Below, piece after piece: positions 12,311 through 24,590 of a DNA stretch of 64,000 bases. This stretch comes from Ptychomitrium polyphyllum (lineage: Eukaryota): positions 12,896,001 to 12,960,000 of the forward strand of contig OZ316776.1 of NCBI GenBank assembly GCA_973851085.1. The letters run 5' to 3'. Each line of letters opens with the position of its first letter. Position 1 is the first letter of the stretch. The notes beneath the pieces were generated by a model. It did not search any database. It saw only the letters and a program-made list of their open reading frames with translations, and had not been told where the DNA came from. The position numbers were made by a program, and so were the translations under genes.

Positions 12311-15300
12311 ATGGCGTCGAGTAGTATGACAAGCGAGCTCTCGAAGAAGACAGGCATCTTCGGGCTGAAGCTATGGGCAGTGATAGGCATCTGCGTTGCA
12401 CTTGTAATTGTTGCAACACTTTTCCTCTTATGGCTGTGTCTCTTCGCCAAGCGCAGGCCAAAGCAGGAGAAGCTGCCATTGCACCAAGTCTCAGACAGCT
12501 CCAAGGAAATCAAGGAGGTGAAGATAGACAGAGTGGGCAACACGTACCTCCCTCCACCTGACCCTGTTCTGCTCACCATATCTGAAAACTCAGGTGAGAA
12601 GGACTCCATGGAAAAGGGAGTGGTGCACGTTGGTGATACGAAGTCTTCCAGTTTTAAGAACCCCATCATGTGGAAAGGCGACAAGGAGAAAACAGGCTTT
12701 GCAGATGAAGTCATCATGCAGACACAGGAAAGCACCATCGACAAGCATGAGAAGTCGAGCTCGCTGAAATTTGAGGCCAATAATTACGAGAGGGGCTCCT
12801 TTCTGAGCTTGTCAGGCGGCTCTGGCTCCACTAGGAGCCTCGATTCGCCTGTCTCTGCAGCGCCCGAGGTGTCACATTTAGGGTGGGGCCATTGGTATAC
12901 GTTGAGGGAGCTCGAAGCTGCGACTGATAGCTTCGCTGATTCCAACGTGCTTGGTGAAGGTGGCTATGGAATTGTGTACAGGGGCCAGTTGCCTGATTCC
13001 ACTCTGATTGCCGTGAAAAATCTCCTTAACAACAGGTATTTGCCATTTTAACACCATTTTACTCATAAATTTGTGGTTGGTCGTAATTTTTTTACATGTG
13101 AAGTAGTTGTTATGTATGTCGTTGAGAAGCTTGTAATCAATTTGTGCTTATGTTCGTTATGTGTTGAGCTCTTTTGTTTATGCTGTTAGTCTGAGGCTTT
13201 TTGGAGCAGGTAGTTCACATAGTTGATATATATACCTGATGCTGTGATGTATATTATGGGAGGAGTAACGATGGTTTGTACACGTGGATTTGCAATTTTG
13301 GGCTTGAGTTAACTCCATGGACGTTTCCCTCGGATTGCTTTTAGAAATTATAGGTTTAAAACATTCTTTGAGTTCTACTGAAGTGCATTAGGACAATGTC
13401 CAAATGGATGGTCTCCATAATCCTTCTGATATGCTTTAAATATTGTTGAGGTTATTGTAACCAGTTTCAAGACATTATGTTGAGCGTTGCTTATGGAATA
13501 TGCCTCTTGACCTAGAGTGTTGGTTTTTTTGCAGAGGCCAAGCTGAGAAAGAGTTCAGAGTTGAAGTAGAAGCCATTGGACGCGTTCGGCACAAAAACCT
13601 GGTGCGACTTTTGGGTTATTGTGCTGAAGGTGCTCATAGGTAAATTACTCTCTTCCAGCTCTTCCCATATAAAACTATTCTGTAAAACTATTGTGCTCTG
13701 ATTTGCATTACTAACCTGCGTTACTCATGGCTTTGCAGGATGCTTGTTTATGAGTACGTGGATAATGGTAATTTGGAGCAGTGGCTACATGGGCCCTTGT
13801 CTCAAACCAACACACTTCCTTGGGAAGCTCGCATGCGGATTGTTATGGGCACCGCTAAAGGGTAAGCTATCAAGTTTATTAATGTCTTCTGAATATACTA
13901 TTGTACTCCTGTACTTTCGAAAATTGTTTAGGCTTTGTGGTTTATACGAAATGTTTGTTTATGCATCGCATGCTTACCTCTGCTGGTGTCACAGATTGAA
14001 TGGTTAAGAATGCTGTTGTTACCTTATCATCTTGTTCTGTCATGTGATCAGATTGGCATATTTGCATGAGGCTTTGGAGCCGAAGGTTGTTCACCGAGAT
14101 ATCAAGTCCAGCAACATATTGGTGGATGTACAATGGAATGCCAAGGTCTCTGATTTTGGTCTTGCTAAACTTCTTGGCTCTGGAAAGAGTCATGTTACCA
14201 CTCGCGTCATGGGAACATTTGGGTAAGTGACATACCAGTTCCTTTCGGTCTTATAGACATGAGTACTTTAGCTTCTGACAGTGAAATATACTACTCTTCT
14301 TTTTAAGTGAGCTTTTCCATGTCGTTTATTGGTCTACATTTCTTGCTTGGGGTGTGTGCAATTCCTACGTTCCAGCATGATGTAAAATAGTGTCTTAAAT
14401 TGAAGTGCATTATCTTTTTGTGGATTCCTGTTCAGGTACGTAGCGCCAGAGTATGCAAATACAGGTCTGTTGAATGAGCGAAGTGACGTGTACAGCTTTG
14501 GGGTACTTCTCATGGAGATCATCACAGGCCGGGATCCTGTGGACTATAACCGTGCTGCTGGAGAGGTATAAAGTGCTTTTCTTGCTTCTCTCAAGCTACA
14601 AATTCTGTGCTGGCTTTGTCTGGGCAGCATTTAGGCCTTCCGTTTAATGCATATTTATCAAGTAAACTTGATCACAAATTAGACATTATAACCCCAACTT
14701 TAATCTAAGGATAGGGTGTAGTGCTAATCCAGCATCTGAGGTTTCTCGTGCGATTTTATATGGGATGCAGATCAACTTGGTAGACTGGCTGAAGCAAATG
14801 GTGGGAAACAGGCGCTCAGAGGAAGTGGCAGATCCAAGCATGGAAGTGAAGCCAACTTCTCGAGCTCTGAAGAGGGCTCTTCTGGTGGCTCTGCGGTGTG
14901 TCGACCCAGACGCCCTGAAACGACCCAAAATGGGTCATGTTGTTCACATGCTCGAGGCTGAAGAGTTCCCCTTCCGTGATGTATGTCTCCTCCCTTCTAC
15001 CCCATTCCCTTCACCATCTTTCTAGTATCAAAATTGGAATTACACTGAATAACAACTTCATCACAAGTTAGAGGTAAAATTTCCTCCCTTGTTTATTTTC
15101 AAATTTAACTAGTTTTATTAAATAATTAAATTTTTATCCAGGATCGGAAAGCAGGGTCAAGTCACCCTCGCTCCCACCGCACCGAGGCACAGAACCAAGA
15201 GCGGCTGCTGCAGCGGCTCTCAAAGGGGCAATCAGCTGACATCGATAGTGACAACTCCATCGACGACAGCCCTGCAAACCGCAACTTTGTACGACGTGCT

Positions 15301-15354
15301 CGTGCATATGAGAACTTAGCCAGCACGAATTCTCCTCGCCGGTATGAAGGGTGA
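12311..15354 (+). CDS. Receptor-like Ser/Thr kinase with N-terminal single TM and no ectodomain (RLCK-V type). Exons 12311-13035, 13535-13639, 13739-13861, 14052-14222, 14436-14565, 14771-14980, 15142-15354
   Basis: N-terminus [12 protein letters not shown] plus [49 protein letters not shown]. All six introns are GT-AG and the frame is continuous to TGA at 15352-15354. Confidence 0.95.
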
Positions 15355-16399
15355 CAAGGACATGTTTCTTGTGCCTCAAGAGAAAACTTCCAAATTCTTG
15401 TCAACTATGTAGCTGGCAGGAGTTGATTATGCCCCTGGCCATGGCCTCTTCCCTATTACTGCCAGAAAGCCGAGCTTCCAAGTTAGTTGCCCATGTTGTA
15501 CTGCACTTGTGGGAGCTTGCAGGTGTGTCAGTAGTTCAAGGTCGGGTAGAGGGAGGGGGTATTCGCAGGTGTGAGTGAGGTGGATGTAAGTAATATACAT
15601 TAGATTGTACTTAAGTTATAGGAAGCTTGGATGTCAGAGGGGAAAGATGATTGATTGTGGACTCCGTATACAAATGGGATCAGATGGGCTTTTCAGGGTG
15701 ATAGTGCTCTTCTGTTTCGTGAACTACAGTTCTGAGCTTTTCTTACAGGTTAATTTTTTAAAATTTTCTTTTCTAAATTTTTTAGGGGATGGTCCATAGA
15801 GTTCTCTATGCCAGGCTTATCATTCTCTACAGAGATGTTTTTATGCTTCTGTTGACATCATTGCAAGGGGATTGCTTCTGTTCATATTTACTCTGTTGGT
15901 TAAGTATTTTGGGAGTCATGTGGAATGAACCCTCTGGCCCGCCTGATTGAATACACGAAATGATCGGAAGTACATTGAGGGAGTCTTTTATATCAGCGGT
16001 AGTGACTCAGTTCATTTTAAAGGGAATATTACTGTGTAATCAAGATGTGCTCAGCTGATAGCCAAGTATGCCGAAACTATCACTCTAAACAGAGGAACTT
16101 GAATGTATCATTCCTTGAACTGAGCGTAAACCATTGTCGAAAATAACGTTCATCACTTATTAGAAATGTCAAGAACTTCATTGCATAACACAATAACCGA
16201 TTTTTTGGCAATCAACCGTATTCCTACGGCTTGTCAGAGCGAAACTATTTTCCTTATCCTCTGTTCACAATAATGTTTTATTATTTAATAATCAGCTGCA
16301 ACTCCCAGCTGCATCATATCTACCTTATCCGAAGTAGCGCTACAATGATCCTAAGTTATCGTACCTCAAAAGCACTTCACAGAAATTTGGGGACGTGAA

Positions 16400-17271
16400 G
16401 AAGCACAGGAGCCAGCATGCTGTTGCCGTATCATGCAAGGAGTATTTACTTGTCCTTACTCGTTTTCACATGCACCTTTGCAAAATTACACCTGTACATT
16501 AATTTCTGATCTTGACCTCTGTTTCAAACATGTGATTCTGCCTAAACTAACCCCCGGGAATCAGCTCAATGCATTCACTTCCAGTTCTCATTAATACGCC
16601 CCTTTGACAGTTCTGACTTCCAAATCTAGCCGACAGAATAACACAGCTCTGATCAACTCGTGCCTCAAATACAGTTCAATTGAAGTTCAGACTTCCGAGT
16701 TCAGATGTTAGTTCCGGCATCCTTGGCTATTTTCAGGAGGAGCTGGGCATTCTTGGATTCTCAGTGCCCTCTGAAAATTACGAATGCGCGTTTGACGCTC
16801 ACAGGCATCAAGGCCGACTCGCGAATAACTGCCACGATGAAAGACCACTTCATTGCACTGATGCCATACCCAGCAATGGTGTCATGTAATCCTCACGGTC
16901 CAAGCTAGCGCCACATGTGATTTACAAAATGAGCATGGACAGCGTGGCAATCTGTAGAAAAATGGGCTGCCATCTCCATTCCTCATTATCAAATTCAAGT
17001 TGTAGCTTCTCCATATCCTCACTTCTAAATTCTTAAGCATGCAGATATCCACCAGCCTTCAGTCGGTCACATGCTGCAAGAAGGCAGCAATCCAGACACC
17101 AATGGTCATGAGAGGGTATATGATGCATAATTGATCATCATAGCGGACTCCAATGAGTGAACTTGTGCGAGGACGATGGCCTCTATGAAGCAATTCCCCA
17201 CCAAGGTCAGCAAGGTGAGGTGTAGCTAGCCAAGTCCGGACCTTCTGACCAAAGTTTGAATTATTTTTCAT
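16400..17271 (-). pseudogene. Pseudogene copy A of an unidentified multi-pass membrane protein family (paralog of ~23100-23860)
   Basis: Minus-strand fragments ESAMMINYA / IYPLMTIGVWIAAFLQHVTD*RLVDIC / WRWQPIFLQIATLSMLIL*ITCGASLDREDYMTPLLGMASV / WSFIVAV / HDTATACWLL align colinearly with copy B. In-frame stops and frameshifts are present. Ends approximate. Confidence 0.75.
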
Positions 17272-18728
17272 GGTGAACTAATACACTTGCATAGAAGTCA
17301 TCATAAGAACATGGATTATGTAAGTTGTATGTTCACATCGTAAAATACGTAGTTTTACATCCATAATGGTATATTCTCTTACAAATTCTCATAATTTACA
17401 TGACTCCAAGTTTTTCTAGTAAATAGAAGTGAAACCGAGGTTAACAGTTAGTTTCAGAAAGAGTACAAGTTCAAGAAATCCAATCAGAGGGAGTGCCGAC
17501 ATGAGGATACCGACTTTCCAAATTGTTGACTACTATTGCTGGTTGCTATAAAACTGTATCAAGTCACCGGCTTCTCATTTCAATCTGTACCATGTTGGTA
17601 ACTTGCAGGGGCTCAGAGTGGGATCGGATTGCTAACGTTTCAAGTAAGATAGAAAAGGATCAACCATGACTTGCACATCATAGTGCCACCCCAGTTGCAA
17701 AGGTTGCCCATATTTAGGGCACAAAGTATCTTCTAAATCTGCCGAAGTCTAAATTGGCGCTGTGCACTGGTTGTGGGATAATCTTTGTCCTCTTTACGGC
17801 AGTAATAGAATTGGGGCGTGTCCTTGGGTCAGTCAGGAAAAGTAAGAGCTTAATTCTTCCTTATGGAATCTTCTACAATCATGAGAGGATGCAAGCTCCT
17901 GATTTGGGCCGCATGGGTGATATGCTTGAATCCTGCGTTGCCCACTTTAGCATCTGAAAATCTAAAACCACATCACTTCACATGCTGGCAAGTAAATAGC
18001 ACATAATTGACATCTATGTCTTGAGGTGCTAAGAGCAATTCAGAAATAGAAGTGCCCACCTAAGATGTATTCGTAATTTTATACCGGCTTCAACTCATTA
18101 TTCGCGGCTCAAATCTGCTGCTTGCATCCTCCTCTATGGCAACGGTTTTCCTAATGGTTTTCCAAACGCTATTAGCGGTAGTTACGTTCTAGGTTACACT
18201 GTAGGTTGTAGTTTGAGAAGTCTCTCAGTTCATTGCCATTTGAGGCTCTCAGATTTGATTTGTAAAAGTTATTGACTCAAATCACGAAACCGGTGCATTA
18301 TCGTAGTGGATTGAAATATCTTGCATACTCATGGACAATGTGTCTGTAAATACAGACGCAGTTGCCTATTTCGCGGGATCATGAAAGGGCAACGTCCCTC
18401 CTGCTTCGAAATCTTTCAGCTATCGAAGGTGTGCACAAACCCATTGGCACGATGGATCAAGCAAGCAAGCCTGGGCAATCATCAACCTTACAGCTGAGAA
18501 GCCTCTCTTAAATGTACCCCTTAAAAACTTCATGGCACCATAAATGGAATATGTTTTGCTGGAGGCGAACTTCCAATCTGTTCAATCATTTACCAAGCCA
18601 AAGCAATTACTCTCGAAGAGATGATAAGAATGGAGATTCAGCACAGTAGAGCCTCAAAGAGATTCATAGTTTCTCAACAAACTGACTATCGATGCACAAT
18701 ATATCAATCGGCAAATTTTCTTTGTTTA

Positions 18729-19928
18729 CTAGGAATCAAGCTCCATAAGGTTTCCAAATAACTGTTTCTCCAGCCGCTCTGTATTCACTGATATCTCATG
18801 TACATCTTCCCGGCTCAAGATCCCCCTTTCGCAAATATACAAGTCCACCCATTTGGCTGGAATCCATTCGAAATATACATTCCTTACTTTCACCTTTTTT
18901 GGCTCAGAATGCCGATCATCAAACCCTGTGGCGCCATTCCAAGCCTTGGTTACTTCTTGAAAATCATTTTCTTCATCTGCATGCTCTTCCATAGAGCCGG
19001 GCTTCGCGATCTTGTCTGTCTCGGACACAACCACCACCTCTGCGCTAGGCGACAACATTTTCGCACATATCGCCGCAGGCAGTGAACCAATTTTGTTACT
19101 CACATCGCCGGCGCCGGATATACGATCGGCGGCAAGCAACACAACATCAACATCCCTCGCCAACAATGCAACACTGGAATCAGTCGCAATGTGCACCTCC
19201 AATTCCTCCTCCAGCTCCTCCCTCTCCAACTCCCTCCTCAACGACAACCCAAACGCTGCACCCTCAAAGCGAGGCCTGCTCTCCAGAACCCGCAAATCAA
19301 TCCTCATCCCCTCCCTCACCGCTGTCACCAACGCAGACTTGATCGTCCCCGACGCACTCAGCGTAAGGATCCGAACTGGCCTGTTCTTTCTCTTCTCTTT
19401 CAACCACCCGGCAAACCCCCCACCAACGCGCGCCACACACTTCCTCCTTCCCCTCACCACACCCTCAAGGACACACTCCGCTACCCTCACGCATCGCTCC
19501 ACATCCTCTCGCCCCTCCACCTGCATCCATTCCCCGCTGAACTCAGCTTCCCATGCTTCTCTTACGGCAGCAAGAGCTCGCACTAAAGCGCTAGATATTG
19601 CAGAACCCATACTCGGCCTCGCTTGGCGCAAAGCCCACGCTGCGAGCCGTAGTTCACGCCATAGAGATTCTGCACTTTGGACAGATTTGCCGGAGGACTG
19701 CAGGATGGAAAGCAGAGTTCGCAATGCGGATGTGGCTAGGAAGCTGGCCCCATGGGTGCGGTCGAGTTTGAGGGTGTTAATGCCAATGTTGAGGGAGTTT
19801 AGCGCTTCTGAGGAGGACGGCATTTTTGAGGATGAAGGCTCAAAATTAAAACAATCTAGGTCCTCCAAGCCTCCATGAACACGTCCGACTGCACTATCAA
19901 CCAACAATCCACGATCAGTTGCTTTCAT
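18729..19928 (-). CDS. Intronless IF-2B family (eIF2B alpha/beta/delta-like, NagB/RpiA fold) sugar-phosphate-isomerase-like protein, 399 aa, fungal-like
   Basis: Intact 399-aa ORF with IF-2B motifs: DRTHGASFLA, ARPSMG, ILTLSASGT, VLESRPRFEG, VLLAADRI..G.VSNKIGS, NVYFEWIP...VDLYICERG. Confidence 0.88.
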   Translation of the reverse strand: MKATDRGLLVDSAVGRVHGGLEDLDCFNFEPSSSKMPSSSEALNSLNIGINTLKLDRTHGASFLATSALRTLLSILQSSGKSVQSAESLWRELRLAAWALRQARPSMGSAISSALVRALAAVREAWEAEFSGEWMQVEGREDVERCVRVAECVLEGVVRGRRKCVARVGGGFAGWLKEKRKNRPVRILTLSASGTIKSALVTAVREGMRIDLRVLESRPRFEGAAFGLSLRRELEREELEEELEVHIATDSSVALLARDVDVVLLAADRISGAGDVSNKIGSLPAAICAKMLSPSAEVVVVSETDKIAKPGSMEEHADEENDFQEVTKAWNGATGFDDRHSEPKKVKVRNVYFEWIPAKWVDLYICERGILSREDVHEISVNTERLEKQLFGNLMELDS

Positions 19929-21826
19929 AAACTCTAGAAACTCTGCGCATTCCAGGTATGCTACCTACCCAGTCGTACCGACAATACAGGCGTCACTGGT
20001 TTCAAGTAAATACATCGTTTAGAGTCAAAGCAACATTACAACACCTAATTCCAAAGGCAGGGACAACATACCTCTGTCCGATTGTCAGATCAGATGGAAA
20101 AAAATCAACTATAAGTAGTGTAAACAGATTCTCTGTTTGTAAACGGGCGGCGAATCTCACCGCAATTATTAATATAGAGAGATGAAAGTGGAAAGGCATG
20201 CAGAATCTAAGTTCTCATATTGGTAGAATGTGGAAGCTACCGGTACCCTACCAATGAAAGAACTCCTTCAAACTTATAACTCCTACCATCGTTACAGTTG
20301 GTTGTAGGGATTGACATTGACTGACATGGCACTTGTTCTAGAATGTTATGTTACAATTGCAACTCGATCACGGCTATTGTATTCTTTACATTCACTTGCT
20401 CAAGTGTACTTTTGGATCATTAACTCATATTTAAGAATGTTACGAAAATGAAACTGACGTAATTAATGTATACGATTATCTTATCTGTGTAGCATATGAT
20501 TGACATGTTCCAGTCTCAAGTATCCACCTAGCTCAAATGTACAATCAAAATCATTTACAGACAGATACAAGAAGACCAAAAAGCAAGACCAAGCGAAAGG
20601 ACTAAGCAAGTGAAGTAGGAAATGTGTACCTTTTTAAATGAGCTCAGTGACTACTTCGGAAAAACAAACGCTTTGAGAGATGGAGCTGAAACGAGAATTC
20701 CAGTAATAAGAGCTCTACAGCTTCAAGAAACAAAAACGCTGCGCAAGTCCCAGGCTGCTGTTTGCAAAACGACTGTGCACTAAGAGACCTGATCTGAGCA
20801 CAAAAGAACTCTGAAGGTGGCTGAGGAGTTGCTCACTAACAACAAATAAATCTCCTCCAATCCAATGAGTTTGAGTTGGGAAGTAGATTGCGCCCCCTTG
20901 TGCCGGAAAGTCAACGTACATCGTCAAAATTTTGGGTGCTGGAGGATCGAAGAGCACTTCCAAGAGAAGATGGCAAGTTGACGATGAGGCCGACTTTTTG
21001 CATTGGTGAGGGTGCCAGAATGGAGATCTTGTACAATGTGTGCTCCGCTAGGCATGTATTAGTTAAGGCCTCAAGTAGGTCTTGGTCACATAACCAATAC
21101 AAGTGCAGGACACTATGGTTGTTGCTGGCTAGTACCTCAAGAAAGACTGGAAGAACAAGAATCTCTAGCAGATCAAAGCAATAAGTGAAGAATGCCCTGC
21201 TGCAAACCTGCTTGTTTATGGGCACGAGTGCGGCACTCCAAAATTCAAGGTCGCTGCTATGCTGGCGCCCTGAATGATGAAGAAGAGCACCAGGGTAATC
21301 CTAGGATGAACAATGGAATCTCCTTGCGCATTGCACAAGTTCTCTATGCAAAAAAGAATCACGAAACCATAAATAGAAGCCACAGAATAAGTCGCAGCTA
21401 GTCTAAAACAAAAGTCCCACGTACCTCAGTGCAGGTAGCTGACCAGGTCAACCTCTTACACAGAAGTTTGATGAAACCTAAATGAGACGACTGAGCTAGA
21501 TATCGAGTGCCAGTACAATACATGTGGCTTGCGAATACAACACTTCACAAGACTAGCTACAGACCTGCTCTTTCCATTGCCCAAAAACTCGCACACCATT
21601 ATCACTGTGTGAGCTTATGCACGTAGCTCTGAGTTGTTCACACTCGTGGAAGATGCAAAATTCTCACCAATGCAGAAACACAAATCGTCGACACTAACCC
21701 CGGGGAAGACCTGCCTACATGGGAAATGGCGCTACTTGACACGGACATCATGCTTGGCAGACAATGATGGAACAGATAAGTAGAAACATTTTGTCTATAG
21801 TGCTGGTCAGAGTTATGTCTGCTTCC

Positions 21827-21834
21827 TACGTGGC
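21827..21834 (+). promoter_or_regulatory. ABRE/G-box-type element TACGTGGC in a putative promoter; site-II-like TGGGCC at 21927
   Basis: Exact ACGTGGC consensus inside the small inverted repeat cctacg-tgg-cgtagg, upstream of the putative spliced leader of the IF-2B-like gene. Function untested. Confidence 0.35.
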
Positions 21835-23099
21835 GTAGGAGTTTTTTATTAACTTTTTTGAAACAATGAAAAGTCGGGGACGGTGGCAGGATTTTAGGCC
21901 CGTGCTAGGTCACATGCTCGGATGGCTGGGCCCCGCCTCTGCCACCGAGCTTTTTCGAGGTCATGAGTAACTGCCAGCACCGTCTGCCCGAATTCACTGT
22001 TTATTCTCTGCGTCTGGCTCGCCCTACCGTCGAAGGTGACCAACTTCGTTACTTCCCTTTTAAATCACTGAGGTTCTGATTCTTTCCCGCCCGCTATGAA
22101 AATCAAGAAGCATCGTAAAGCACGAAGAAGAAGTGCACTAGATCTAACAGTACTGTACTGAGAATCGATGTAGTAGGGAGGCAGGGGAAGAGGGAACAGT
22201 TGGACTGCCAGAGAGAGAACGATGGTGCCAGCTCAAAATTTTGAGTTGAAGCAAGATTAAGACACTCTTTTAATAAAGTATCATAAACACAATTAAGACA
22301 TCTGTAGTGTCTCAAAAAGTATCTAAAGCAACCCTCAATTTTGGTAGTGAAACGAATTCTGTAAGTTTAGAGTCTTGGATATCGCGGTTTCGTAACGGGT
22401 CGTAGTCTTTTGACCCTCATCTGTCTAAAGCGCATTGGAGCAGCATGCAGAAATCTCGCAGACATTCAATTCAGCTCGTTGCGTATTAGTGCTTGCGTTG
22501 AGTGTGCCAATCGTGGCCACAATGGCCGGTGCATATGCCGTTCCTCGTGGCTTCGGAAGTTGGGGGTGCGTTGGTGGCAGGGATGGTCCAGGAGCAGCAT
22601 CTGGTGTTCATTTGTGGTTCCTGGAAAGTATCCGATGACGGAAGCAGAGACACTGAATCAACTCTACTCAGAATCTGAAGCAAGCTTGGAAACGAAATAT
22701 TTCGCACTCGAGGCTACATCTTATCAAGATGAGTATCCACACTTTTAACAAGTTGCAGTTCGTACCAACCTAGTTTGGTACTCTATACCGTCATTGATAC
22801 CAGTTTATCCTACCATAGAAAACCGTGTATACAGGCACTATAACACTGTTTACACTTAGGAATTGGGCCGACGGTGTACTTTGCTTCCTGAATCAGCACT
22901 CATCTGCTGGTCTTTCCACTTGTCCGCAATGAAATCGTTCGTGAAGCTCTTGCTGAGTAAGTTCAATTGCGGAAGGAAATATTCACAGCCACGAGGGCAG
23001 ACCACGTCGACAACACTGCCGCCTCCGCCAACAGCAAAGACTCGAATGCCTCTCGGCTTGTGTCCGAGCTATGCCTGGGTTTACCCAATTTATTGCAAC

Positions 23100-23860
23100 C
23101 ATGCAGGAACCAACATGTAATAGTCCTATCATGTGAAGTTGTACCGCATACATCTAATGCTGAGAAACTCAATCCGCTTTTATACTCCAGTTCGAACAGT
23201 GTGCACTGTCAGCTTATGCATTAGCTCTCTTGACCCCAGCTGGAAATCAACTAAATGCACCGACTTTGAATTCTTTCATCAAACTGTAACCGTAGAACTT
23301 CGTTCAGACTTCTGACTCGAACCGATCGTTTCTGCATCCATAGCTATCCTTCAATATCTCGTGTTTCTGAGAAACACGAATGTACTCTGGAAGCTCTTTT
23401 TGAGCAGTAAAGACTTGCGAAAAAATACAACAACAGCCACAATGAAAGACCATGATAGTCCCACTGATGCCACACCCAACAACAGCGCCACGAAGTCTTT
23501 ACGATCTCCGCTAGAACGACATGTAATATACAGAATGAGTATAGACAGAGTATTCAGCTGCAGAAAGATGGGCTGCCACCTTCGATCATCATTGTTGCAG
23601 CTTCTCCTTGATCTCCTCGTCTTTGAGTTCCTGTACGATACAGAGATCCAACTGCCTCCAGTCCATTGCTCGTTGCAAGGAGGCTACAATCCAGATAGCT
23701 ATGGACAAGAGCAGGTATACGAATGCATAATTGTTCATCATGGCGAGCTCCCATGATAAGCTCGTGTGAGGACAATGGCGTTTATCAAGCAGGTCCCACA
23801 AGTACCAGCAACTCCCTCCAATCCAGAGTATTGTGCGTCATCAGGTCTAATTTTCATATT
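23100..23860 (-). pseudogene. Pseudogene copy B of the unidentified membrane protein family
   Basis: ELAMMNNYAFVYLLLSIAIWIVASLQRAMDWRQLDLC, then a frameshift, RRWQPIFLQLNTLSILILYITCRSSGDRKDFVALLLGVASVGLSWSFIVAVV, and later HDRTITCWFL. Colinear with copy A. Ends approximate. Confidence 0.75.
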
Positions 23861-24590
23861 TTCATGAATGCCAAGTGGTTTATTTGATTTTTTCATGCAA
23901 ACTTTTCAAAAAGTGATCCATTGGATTTACAATGAAGTTGTTATGAGGATCTGTCATACACGTATTTGGTTTAAAATACATATATGAAGGATTTTCATAC
24001 ACCAAAAGCCATTTGGAATATGCCATATCTTCTCTCAAAGGTCTGTAATTCATTGATTGATTTGAATTATCCTTATTGGATATTACATGCATCATTAAAA
24101 TCTTGGTTACCATTACTTATTATTGGATTACCAAAGTAGTTAGAGATGTTCAAAGTTTGAATTATTTGAACTAGTTTTTTATCCCATGAACAATTAGAAT
24201 GCTGAATTTGTCACAATTTGTCACAATTCGAAACACAACTAAACAAAACCAAATGAATCAGACATAAAAGATATAAATTTCAAGTTCAGCCATGGACACT
24301 CAAGGTTGTCCCTAGCCAAAGTGGTAAGTTTAGAATTACAAAAACATGTTCCTGCTTTGGATAGCAGCATGTTCCTTTCCATTGTGCTCCTGGAAGACAG
24401 CGCCATGTTTATGTGTACAAACTTTATGATTATTCAAATACAGAGCCTTCTTAATCTAGAACTCATTTCAGCAAGTTGGCAGTTTGCTCCAGTACAAGAG
24501 GCATGGTCCAAGGTTGAGTAGATGGTCACCTCCGTGTTCCAACATTGCAGCTCCTTTTTGCGGTTAATTGTGAACACCATGCAAAATGCT

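Noticed and set aside
19012..19878. 288-aa plus-strand ORF
   Set aside because: Antisense shadow of the IF-2B-like gene, Ser/Thr-rich with no independent signal.
20887..21005. Plus-strand peptide IAPPCAGKST...VDDEAD resembling Walker A/B
   Set aside because: Bounded by stops, motifs too close together, weak acceptor. Probably chance.
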